A DNA stretch of 24,732 nucleotides, from IMG/VR virus record IMGVR_UViG_3300048026_000426, positions 1 through 24,732 of that record; one strand, given 5' to 3'. The stretch comes from a virus (lineage: Duplodnaviria > Caudoviricetes). The position numbers were made by a program, and so were the translations under genes. Positions 1 through 8,152 of this stretch are shown in pieces (the first letter of the stretch is position 1; the number at the start of each line of letters is the position of its first letter). The notes beneath the pieces are model-generated. The model was not told where the DNA came from and did not search any database. It saw nothing but the letters and a program-made list of their open reading frames with translations.

Positions 1-1193
1 CAAGTATACCAACTGCACTAACAGATTTAAGTATTAGTGACGGTTCCGCAAATATGGTTTTAAAAACAGATGGAAGTGGAAACTTTGGATTTACTTCTAT
101 TAGTTCTATTCAGTCAGCAGGTATATCTAATGTTGTTGAAGACACGACACCGCAATTAGGCGGACCAGTAGATTTTAAATCACTGTCAAGTAACCCATCA
201 AGTAATTTAGCGGCAGGACAAGTTTACTATAACAGTGATACAAAAAAATTAATGTTATATGATGGCAGTGACTGGGTAGAAGTTTCGGGAAGTGCTAGTT
301 CACAACCTTTCTTAACAAGACAAGTTATCACACATGGATTTGTTATGGGTGGTTACCAAAGTTCGAGTCCGTGGAAAAATGTAAACACAATGGTTCATGC
401 AACCGACGTTATGACTAATAATGGTGATGTAATGACATATGCCGCGGCATATACTTCTGGTGTATGTACATTAACACATGGGTACCTTTGGAGTGCAGAT
501 GACACTTGGCCAGGTACTAGTGCGTCAACATCAAATTTCCATATGTCGACATACAGTGGCAGTAATGGACCAAATTTGCAATGGGGAAGAAACGATTGTG
601 CTACACTATTTAAAGAACACGAAAAATGTTGGGTTGTTGGCGGCGGTAGTGCAAATATAGATGTTATGAATCTATCAAACGCAACTATGTATACCGACCA
701 AGGACAGGATTCATTAAGTGGTGATAGTATGCAAGCCGGCTGTGCAAGTCACAGTGGTGAAAATTATGGTTATGTTTGGCAAGCCACAGATGATTGTAGA
801 AAATTTGTTTGGTCAACATCGACACAAGTTACAATGACAACACCTTCAAACAAACCAGGTATTAACAGTCAGCAAAAAGGCTGGGCAGACAAACTAGGGT
901 ATGGTTATGCAGGTAACGAAGGAACATATAATGGCGGTGATAATGTAAGAGTTTGGAGTTATACTACAGAATCAGTTACATCAACAGTTACCAAACCAAT
1001 TACAAACTGCGGAGAAGAAAATTTAGATATGGGACAAGCACATCAGTATAGTATGGGTAATTATGATGGAGCCCAAAATAATAGAGGTTGGAAGTGGACA
1101 TATGCAACTAACTCAGGAAGTGAACTAGGAAGTGGTTCAATAAGAACAGGCGTACCAGGCGGAAGCTCAGGGCACTGTGTTTGGAGAGGTTAA
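1..1193 (+). CDS. Tail-fibre/virion appendage protein, C-terminal part (5'-truncated), ending in a six-bladed Kelch-like beta-propeller
   Basis: The frame is open upstream of the ATG at 54 to the window edge (SIPTALTDLSISDGSANMVLKTDGSGNFGF, a typical fibre spacer repeat). It also has VVEDTTPQLGG, a small beta module (GQVYYNSDTKKLMLYDGSDW) and six ~45-aa repeats starting THGFVMGG/THGYLW/EKCWVVGG/NYGYVW/GYGYAG/HQYSMG. Confidence 0.75.
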   Translation, partial: SIPTALTDLSISDGSANMVLKTDGSGNFGFTSISSIQSAGISNVVEDTTPQLGGPVDFKSLSSNPSSNLAAGQVYYNSDTKKLMLYDGSDWVEVSGSASSQPFLTRQVITHGFVMGGYQSSSPWKNVNTMVHATDVMTNNGDVMTYAAAYTSGVCTLTHGYLWSADDTWPGTSASTSNFHMSTYSGSNGPNLQWGRNDCATLFKEHEKCWVVGGGSANIDVMNLSNATMYTDQGQDSLSGDSMQAGCASHSGENYGYVWQATDDCRKFVWSTSTQVTMTTPSNKPGINSQQKGWADKLGYGYAGNEGTYNGGDNVRVWSYTTESVTSTVTKPITNCGEENLDMGQAHQYSMGNYDGAQNNRGWKWTYATNSGSELGSGSIRTGVPGGSSGHCVWRG

Positions 1194-1195
1194 TT

Positions 1196-1921
1196 ATGTA
1201 TATTTTATTTAAAATGAAAGCACAAAAAGAATTAGGACCTATACAAATATATGGCAGATTCCAATCGTACTGCGTCGGCTACATTCCAGATACACACGTT
1301 GATATTATACCCTATTTACATTTAGAGCCAACGATATTGACAGACACCGTTGCAAAAGCATGGTTACTAACACAAGGCTGGAAGGGTCATGTAAGCATTA
1401 GACCAGGTACACTTGAAGATGAGCAAATGGGGTTACATGAAAGTTCAGAACCCACAGGCGAAAAAGAAAAGTACACACTAACAACTGATGACGTTACAAA
1501 TTGTACTGCTTTTATGAAAGCAGTTATGCGTAAACAATTAGATGAAATTTATGACCATAGATTACAAGCACTAAACATTAATGTTAGTAAATTAGAAGAA
1601 AGTACTTGGGAAAAACAGAAATCAGATTATATCAAATATACTAATAACAATTCAGCCAATGTTCCATTACTTGACGCACTAGCAACAAGTAGAGGAATTG
1701 AAAAAGCAGACATGGCAGTACTAATAAGACAAGCAATCAATAACTACGATGAGAAAGTTAGAACTTTACTAGCAAGTAAACAAGTAGTAGAAACAGAAAT
1801 CAAAAATTGTGCAGACATCAGCGCCTGTTTTGTTTTAATGCACCAGAGATTCGAAATGACAATGCCAGTAGCATTACAAACAAGTACAGGGACGACGACT
1901 GCCGCACAATTTAATGTGTAG
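1196..1921 (+). CDS. Tail-fibre assembly/chaperone-like protein
   Basis: Start moved to ATG 1196 (SD GGAGAGG at 1183-1189). The C-terminal half (E..TW..Q......N.SANVPLLDALATSRG....M...I......Y......LLA.KQ.VE.EI) resembles helical fibre-assembly proteins, and the gene directly follows a fibre gene. Confidence 0.55.
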   Translation: MYILFKMKAQKELGPIQIYGRFQSYCVGYIPDTHVDIIPYLHLEPTILTDTVAKAWLLTQGWKGHVSIRPGTLEDEQMGLHESSEPTGEKEKYTLTTDDVTNCTAFMKAVMRKQLDEIYDHRLQALNINVSKLEESTWEKQKSDYIKYTNNNSANVPLLDALATSRGIEKADMAVLIRQAINNYDEKVRTLLASKQVVETEIKNCADISACFVLMHQRFEMTMPVALQTSTGTTTAAQFNV

Positions 1922-1926
1922 GCTAA

Positions 1927-3549
1927 ATGTTCAGTATACCACTAAACCCTAAATTAAACAATCATCAAATACAACACTTTGTAGATTTTTGTATTAATCA
2001 TCGAGAAGTAATTTATGACATTTACTTTACTTGCAGAATGCCTCCGTTTGAGCAAGATGCAATGGGTGATGTGTTTGCTTCTGACACAAATGAATTAATA
2101 AATGTAGCCCTTAAAGTACAAGAAGCAACAGGTATATCAGTAAGTGCAACATTTAATAATATAGAAGTTAAACCTTCGCAAGAAAATTTGGACTTATGGG
2201 TAGAAAATTTTTATCAACTATATAAGGCTGGAGTAAGAAGTGCTACTATACCTCATACGCATTGGGTAGCAACAGGACAAATACAAAAGAAGTTTCCTGA
2301 ACTTTTAATAAAAAATACAATTCTTAGACAAGTACAAACTGCTAAAGATGTTGCTGAATTAGGTAAACACGGATTCCATTATGTAAACTTGCATAGAGAT
2401 TTAATGCGAGATCACGAAAGTCTTGCTCGTATACGAAAAGCCGCTGATAGATATAATATGAAAATTTCTTTATTAGCAAATGAAGGTTGCCATGGCGGCT
2501 GTGCTATGATGCCAGAACATTTTCAATTTAATAATAGTAGAACAACTGGACCACAATATTTTAATGATCCAATAAGTCGTACTAGTTGTCAGAAATGGAA
2601 TGTAGAAGATCCGAGTAGTCCACTTAAACGTGCAAACTTTCCACCATGGAAAGAAGACTGGTTAGAACTAGCAAAGTATGTTGATGTATTTAAAATGCAT
2701 GGAAGAGAAAATATTGCACGTTTTTATGAAACTATGCGTATTATAGAACGTTATCATAATGACGAAGAAATACTATATGACGACTTTAATGTTTATTTAG
2801 AAGATACTAATTTAAAAGATAGACCAATAAATGCTTGGCGAAAAATAATAAAAACTTGTAAATTTGATTGTTGGGATTGTAATTTTTGTGACAAAGTATA
2901 TGAAAGTAGATCTGGAAAACTTAATAATAGCAAGGCAATTACACTAGTAGAAGCACTAGTATCACACGAAAATAACGATTATTCAAACGAAATACAAGGA
3001 TTAACTAGTACTAGAGTAAAAAAACTCTTGCATGAATTAGGAAAAGATAGTACAATGTACTTAGAAGTAGGTAGTGCCATGGGTTCTACTGCTATTAGTG
3101 TTTTAGATACAAATATTCCTGTAACTTGTGTAGATAATTGGAACGAAAATATCAATCCTGAGAGCGGTGATTTTACACTACCAACTAACAATAAAAAACA
3201 ATTTGACACTAATACAAGTAGTTATAAAAATTTAAAAGTTTATAATGATGATATGCTTAATGTTGAATTAAAAGAAAAAGGATACGATTTATTCTTTTAT
3301 GATGGGCCACATGATAAACTGTTAACTGCAAAAGCAGTTGAACATTTTAGTAAGTATTGGGCCGATGAAGCCATATTAATATTTGACGATGCTAATTGGC
3401 AAGGGGTAATTGAAGGAAGTAAACAAGGTGTACTAAACACAAACTATAAGATAGAATTTGAAAAAATGATCCTTAACAATATAGAAGATAAGACTAAATG
3501 GTGGAATGGATTATATGTAATGGCAGTTAAAAAAAATGAAAAAATTTAA
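1927..3549 (+). CDS. Fusion of a U32-peptidase-family-like Fe-S protein (N-terminal ~330 aa) and a class I SAM-dependent methyltransferase (C-terminal ~200 aa)
   Basis: U32-like motifs LLANEGCHGGCAMMPEH, SCQKW and VDVFKMHGRE (cf. U32 D.LKIEGR), plus a CKFDCWDCNFC Cys cluster. MTase motifs YLEVGSAMGST, CVDNW, YDLFFYDGPHD and LIFDD (Methyltransf_24-like). Confidence 0.75.
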   Translation: MFSIPLNPKLNNHQIQHFVDFCINHREVIYDIYFTCRMPPFEQDAMGDVFASDTNELINVALKVQEATGISVSATFNNIEVKPSQENLDLWVENFYQLYKAGVRSATIPHTHWVATGQIQKKFPELLIKNTILRQVQTAKDVAELGKHGFHYVNLHRDLMRDHESLARIRKAADRYNMKISLLANEGCHGGCAMMPEHFQFNNSRTTGPQYFNDPISRTSCQKWNVEDPSSPLKRANFPPWKEDWLELAKYVDVFKMHGRENIARFYETMRIIERYHNDEEILYDDFNVYLEDTNLKDRPINAWRKIIKTCKFDCWDCNFCDKVYESRSGKLNNSKAITLVEALVSHENNDYSNEIQGLTSTRVKKLLHELGKDSTMYLEVGSAMGSTAISVLDTNIPVTCVDNWNENINPESGDFTLPTNNKKQFDTNTSSYKNLKVYNDDMLNVELKEKGYDLFFYDGPHDKLLTAKAVEHFSKYWADEAILIFDDANWQGVIEGSKQGVLNTNYKIEFEKMILNNIEDKTKWWNGLYVMAVKKNEKI

Positions 3550-4144
3550 AATATTACAAGCAGATGTTTTTGTAAAAGATAACATTGGTACAAAAGAACA
3601 ACGTACTTCGATGATTGAATATGCACAAGATATAAAAAGACAAACAGACGAAAAACAGTTAAACTTTAGTAATAGAGGTTGTTGGCGACATGAGTTTGAC
3701 TATCCCGATATACAATGGTTAGTAGAAGAACTTCGCTTATTATGTAATAGTGCAATAGAAACTTATGCAGTAGACGATCCGTTATATGGTGAAAAACTTA
3801 AACATTATGGACCACCAGAAGTTAGTTACTGGACAAACATAAATGAATTAGATAGTAAAAATGCCTTACACGATCATCGACTTCATCACTATGTAGCAGT
3901 TTATTACTTACAAGGAAAAGATACAGGTGATATTGTTTGGCATAATCCAATGAACTTAACAGAAAGTTGTCACCCACACGCACCGTTTACTAGTAGATAC
4001 AGTATGTCTCCTGAAGACGGACAATTAATATTATGGCCCGCTTGGATGCCACATGAAACAGAAACAAACAAAAGTAATATGCAACGAATCAATGTTGCTT
4101 TTAATATTAGGTTTCAAACACCTAGATATATTGGAGGAAAATAA
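3536..4144 (+). CDS. 2OG-Fe(II) oxygenase (TIGR02466/2OG-FeII_Oxy_5-like)
   Basis: WTNIN..NALHDH..YVAVYYL..GDIVW.NP..PEDGQLILWPAWMPHET..N....RINVAFN gives an HxH...H iron triad and a distal Arg. The gene overlaps the upstream gene by 14 nt. Confidence 0.85.
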   Translation: MKKFKILQADVFVKDNIGTKEQRTSMIEYAQDIKRQTDEKQLNFSNRGCWRHEFDYPDIQWLVEELRLLCNSAIETYAVDDPLYGEKLKHYGPPEVSYWTNINELDSKNALHDHRLHHYVAVYYLQGKDTGDIVWHNPMNLTESCHPHAPFTSRYSMSPEDGQLILWPAWMPHETETNKSNMQRINVAFNIRFQTPRYIGGK

Positions 4145-4147
4145 GAT

Positions 4148-4936
4148 ATGAAGTTTGATAGTTTAAAAGATTCAATGAAAGTTACAGGTAAAGACATAAC
4201 AACTGATACCGATGAATTAACAGAAGATCAAAAAGATATAGTAGGTTATGCTATTAGCAGTAACTTTATTATGCCAGAGTTTAAAGCAAAGCACTTTGTT
4301 GGACACGCAAATATTACTCCGTACGGTGCAATGAAGCAGTATTTAATGGAAATACAAAGTAGAGAATCCGGAATTAAATCACAAGAATATGAACTTGCAA
4401 AAATTGAACTAGCGATAGATGAGTTTGCAGATAAAAGAGATAACTCAACGGATGAGTTTGATAAACGTAGAGCACAAATTGAAATAGATTATGCAGAAGC
4501 AAGACGTGATGGCTTTGTAAGAAATTTAAGAGGGCAACGTGAAGAACGTTTAATGTATTTAAAATTAATTGACGAATTGTCTAATAGTGAATACGGTACA
4601 TTAGAAGATGGAACAAAGTTAATTGATATATTTGACAATCCTGCAAAGCAAGAACAAGCAGAAAGAGAATACTGGATTAAACGTTTAGGTAAACAATCTG
4701 CTATGGACATGATTGCATACGGAAAAGTAGGAGTTGGAAACATGGATAGTTTAACAATGTTATCTTACGAAGACCAACAAAAAGCCATAGAACTTGCAAG
4801 TGATGTATTTGTTCATAATGAACGTAGACTACAACAGATAGTCCACAAAAGCAATCAACAAGCACAATTAGGTAATGCTTCAGAACTAACAGAACAGTTA
4901 AAAATTTCAGTACAAAAAGAAAAAAAAGATAAGTGA
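4148..4936 (+). CDS. Hypothetical coiled-coil protein
   Basis: 262-aa ORF with SD GGAGG at 4133-4137 and a charged helical hairpin region (EIQSRESGIKSQEYELAKIELAIDE...RRAQIEID). No catalytic motif recognised. Confidence 0.7.
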   Translation: MKFDSLKDSMKVTGKDITTDTDELTEDQKDIVGYAISSNFIMPEFKAKHFVGHANITPYGAMKQYLMEIQSRESGIKSQEYELAKIELAIDEFADKRDNSTDEFDKRRAQIEIDYAEARRDGFVRNLRGQREERLMYLKLIDELSNSEYGTLEDGTKLIDIFDNPAKQEQAEREYWIKRLGKQSAMDMIAYGKVGVGNMDSLTMLSYEDQQKAIELASDVFVHNERRLQQIVHKSNQQAQLGNASELTEQLKISVQKEKKDK

Positions 4937-5967
4937 TAGAGTTAATAATTAAAGGACAAATATATTTGTTCTTAATTGTATTTGTGATGATGATTGCAGG
5001 TATGGTTAAAGAAAATAGTTTATTTAAAGATATATTTTGTTTCTTTGAACAAAATTTAAAAAGTAAAAAAGCCGTAGTTGCAGTAGTAAGTGCCTTAACT
5101 GGCATATTGCCTATTAAAGGTAGAGTTACTGTGAGTGCAGGAATGCTCGATACTATGGCACCTGATAAAGGATGTTGCGGTAGAGAAAAATTTGGACCAA
5201 TCGATTATGTAAGTACACATCATTACTACTTTTGGTCACCTTTAGAAAAAACAGTTATACTTCCAATGGCGGCATTTAGTATTACATATGCTCAATTTAT
5301 GAGTATGATGTGGCCTTTATTATTAGTTTCTCTTTTGTTTATTATCTCTTATTTAATTTGGGGAGTAAAAGAAAGTGATGTTGAATTAGGAGATTGTGGA
5401 ACAGAAATCAAAGTAAGCAGAATTACACGATACGTTTTACCTTATGTTGCCGGTGTAATTAGCATTATTGCAGGACTTAACTTTATGTGGGTTTTTGGAA
5501 CACTTACTCTTTATTATATGTTAGTTACTAAGACATTTAATATTAAAAAATTACTCGGTTATGTAGATTGGAAATTAATAGGCTGGGTCGCTTTAATTAT
5601 TGTTGCGGCTAATTTTGCCAGAGAAAATACAGAACAAATTAAAACTTTTTTACAAACAAGTGGACTTGATATTAATACTGTTTCTGGATTTACATTATTA
5701 AGTTTGGCTAGTTTTGCTGGTGCATTTGCACTAGGATCTAGTTCACGTTTTGGTGCTTTAACAGTTATAATGGCAACTATATATGGCTTAGAATATTTGC
5801 CATGGTTCTTTGCAGTAGATTTTGTAGGCTATTTAATTAGTCCAATGCATAAATGTGTAGCAATAGGAATGTTATATTTTGGTACCAAATTACGTTATTA
5901 TGCTACTATACTTGGGCTCTGGGGTACGTTAGTAATACTAACTGCTGGCGGAATGTTATTCATATAA
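4933..5967 (+). CDS. Polytopic membrane protein, DUF401/ion-transporter (IT) superfamily-like
   Basis: About 9-10 hydrophobic segments, with motifs SALTGILPIKGRVTVSAGML, THHYYFWSPL and GYLISPMHKC..YF recalling DUF401. GTG start in a GTGA overlap with the upstream stop. Confidence 0.6.
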   Translation: MIELIIKGQIYLFLIVFVMMIAGMVKENSLFKDIFCFFEQNLKSKKAVVAVVSALTGILPIKGRVTVSAGMLDTMAPDKGCCGREKFGPIDYVSTHHYYFWSPLEKTVILPMAAFSITYAQFMSMMWPLLLVSLLFIISYLIWGVKESDVELGDCGTEIKVSRITRYVLPYVAGVISIIAGLNFMWVFGTLTLYYMLVTKTFNIKKLLGYVDWKLIGWVALIIVAANFARENTEQIKTFLQTSGLDINTVSGFTLLSLASFAGAFALGSSSRFGALTVIMATIYGLEYLPWFFAVDFVGYLISPMHKCVAIGMLYFGTKLRYYATILGLWGTLVILTAGGMLFI

Positions 5968-5970
5968 ATA
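5963..5970 (+). promoter_or_regulatory. T4-type late promoter (TATAAATA) for the glycosyltransferase-like gene
   Basis: Perfect TATAAATA overlapping the upstream stop codon, 22 nt before ATG 5993. Confidence 0.7.
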
Positions 5971-5992
5971 TTACTAAAGCAAAGGTAATAAT

Positions 5993-6763
5993 ATGAAACT
6001 TCCATACTTCTCTGATGACTACGAAGGCGAATTTGTTATTCACAGTGTTAATTTAAAAGACGGTGTGAGAACAGAAGACCGCGAATGGATCCCTAGAACA
6101 ATTATGAATGATGACCATAGAGGTTATGCAGTTGTTGTTGGTAACGGGACTAGTAGAGTTAGAAAGCAGTTTTCTCTTAACTTAATTGAAAACCATAGTG
6201 GTGGATTATTAGCAAGTAAAAGAATACAAACTTATGGGTGCAATGCTCTTTATAGAGATATGAAACCTAGTTTTCTAATAACTATGCAAGATGATATAAC
6301 AAAAGAAATTGCCGACTCAGGCTTTAGTGAAGAAAATATTGTTTATACAACTGCTAAAAATGTTGTCAAGTATCCAGGAAAGTTTTCTTTAATTCCACAA
6401 AATATTAGTTATTATAACGCAGGAACAGTAGCAACATATTTGGCTTGTTTTGATAAACATACAGAAGTTTACTTGTTAGGTTTTGATGGACAACCTGATT
6501 CAGATATGACAAATAATGTATATGCTGACACACCTTGTTATCCATCAACAACTGATAAATCAAACGGTGAAAAACAAATAGCACACATGAAGAATATGTT
6601 TGATGCTTATAAGAATGTAAACTTTCACTGGGTAATGGATAATCCTCATTACACTTTTCCAGCAGATTGGAAATGGTGCAAGAATGTAAATTATTTAACT
6701 TATAGAGAATTTATTAGTGAAATGGATCTTGGGGTTCAATTAAAATACAACTGGAAAACTTAA
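5993..6763 (+). CDS. Maf/DUF115/GT42-like putative glycosyltransferase (nonulosonic-acid transferase fold)
   Basis: AVVVGNGTSR, TYGCNALYR..P.FL and NAGTVATYLA....TEVYLLGFD match the CstII/Maf pattern (IIAGNGPS..FRCN..TSG...A...GYKEIYL.GIDF). Confidence 0.65.
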   Translation: MKLPYFSDDYEGEFVIHSVNLKDGVRTEDREWIPRTIMNDDHRGYAVVVGNGTSRVRKQFSLNLIENHSGGLLASKRIQTYGCNALYRDMKPSFLITMQDDITKEIADSGFSEENIVYTTAKNVVKYPGKFSLIPQNISYYNAGTVATYLACFDKHTEVYLLGFDGQPDSDMTNNVYADTPCYPSTTDKSNGEKQIAHMKNMFDAYKNVNFHWVMDNPHYTFPADWKWCKNVNYLTYREFISEMDLGVQLKYNWKT

Positions 6764-8151
6764 ATTACAACTCTCCAACTTTTCGGAGCATACTCTCCCT
6801 CAAAACTTTTAAGCCACTGTGTACCCGTCCATTTATATTGAATACCAGTAGTTACATTAGTTACATATTGTAAATCACTAACAGTGCTAGAGTCAAAAGC
6901 AATAGTCCATTGTGTACCGTCCCACTCAACGATATCATTTGTTTTAGCAGTAAAATCTACATTACTATTACTTTTCCAAAAGTCCGGACCATCTGTATTT
7001 GTAGAGTCTCCAATATCTTCTAATATTAAGTAACGATTACCCGTAGTCTTAACAACGTTTGTTGACGTTGCTTTTGAAGGTCTTATAATGGCATTTATCG
7101 CCGTTAAGGTGTTAGTGGGTATTGTGTCATTATCTACCGTTACAAGAAGGATATGAGGGTCTGCTGGGTGATATGCAATGGTTCCTACAACTTCTGCGTC
7201 ATTGTCTTGTGTAAATCTTACTTGTGTAATGCCTGGATTTATAGGACCATATTGTTCTAGTACTGCTCTCCAACTTGGTTTTGTTAAGTTTTCTGTAGTA
7301 ATTGAAGTTGTATCTAAAGTATCTTTTGTACTTTCTCTAAAAGTATCAACAAGTTCGGCTTGACCATTTAATAGTATAGCACCGTAATTGCCTGGAGTAA
7401 CACCTAATCTTGTTCCCATAACTAATTTATCATCAGCAACAGAATTAATAAGATCGCCACTTCCGTCATATACACTGTTAATAATTTTATGTATAACACC
7501 CATCTTTTTAACATTTGCAGGCATTGTTAACCAGATAGGCATACTAAATTCTAATGTAGCAATATCAATCTGATCCTCAGTACCTACAGGAATACTTCTT
7601 GAACTAAAGTTTACATTTTCTAATTGTACTAAACTTAAACTAGTCCAATCAATATAGTTGTCTGTACTTTGTATTTCTAAACTAGGATTAAACAAACATA
7701 AAATTTGTTCTAAAACTTGCAATTTCATTTCAGTATTAGTTGTCCAGATATCTACATTTAACCTCAAGTCATAAGGAACAGGCATATGTCTTTCAACTGT
7801 AACTGCATTACTTTGTGTACGACTATAAGTGTCTGTACTAGCATTATATTTTCTTTGTCTAACGTGAAGTTTATCTACAAAGTTTGGTTCTTGTACACGT
7901 TCTCTACTGTATGTCATACTTTGAATGTAAGTAGTCATTCTTGGAGCACTTAAAACTTTATTCTCACTTGCATCTCTCATTACTTGAGCAACGTTACGAC
8001 TCATGTCGCCGTAAGTTACAGGTATACTAATTAAATCTCTTACACCTGAAGAATTTGGAGAACCAACTTCTACTTGGAAGTTACTGAAAAGTCTAACAAA
8101 TTGTAATAAAAATCTTCTAATTTGATTGTCGTAAAAAAACTGTCTAGCCAT
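6760..8151 (-). CDS. gp15: Tail terminator/sheath stabiliser (T4 gp15-like) with C-terminal extension
   Basis: FFYDNQIRRFLLQFVRLFSN, IPVTYG, PRM, PVPYDLRLNVDIWT..LQVLEQILCLFNPSL are gp15-family motifs. An extra ~200-aa C-terminal beta region follows. Confidence 0.85.
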   Translation of the reverse strand: MARQFFYDNQIRRFLLQFVRLFSNFQVEVGSPNSSGVRDLISIPVTYGDMSRNVAQVMRDASENKVLSAPRMTTYIQSMTYSRERVQEPNFVDKLHVRQRKYNASTDTYSRTQSNAVTVERHMPVPYDLRLNVDIWTTNTEMKLQVLEQILCLFNPSLEIQSTDNYIDWTSLSLVQLENVNFSSRSIPVGTEDQIDIATLEFSMPIWLTMPANVKKMGVIHKIINSVYDGSGDLINSVADDKLVMGTRLGVTPGNYGAILLNGQAELVDTFRESTKDTLDTTSITTENLTKPSWRAVLEQYGPINPGITQVRFTQDNDAEVVGTIAYHPADPHILLVTVDNDTIPTNTLTAINAIIRPSKATSTNVVKTTGNRYLILEDIGDSTNTDGPDFWKSNSNVDFTAKTNDIVEWDGTQWTIAFDSSTVSDLQYVTNVTTGIQYKWTGTQWLKSFEGEYAPKSWRVVI

Positions 8152-8152
8152 T

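Noticed and set aside
54-56. ATG 54 as the start of the first gene
   Set aside because: The frame stays open to the window edge with fibre-repeat sequence and no SD, so the gene begins upstream.
4920-4936. A8 slippery run at the coiled-coil/transporter junction as a -1 frameshift fusion
   Set aside because: The -1 frame hits TAA at 4930-4932 just before the GTG, so no fusion is possible.
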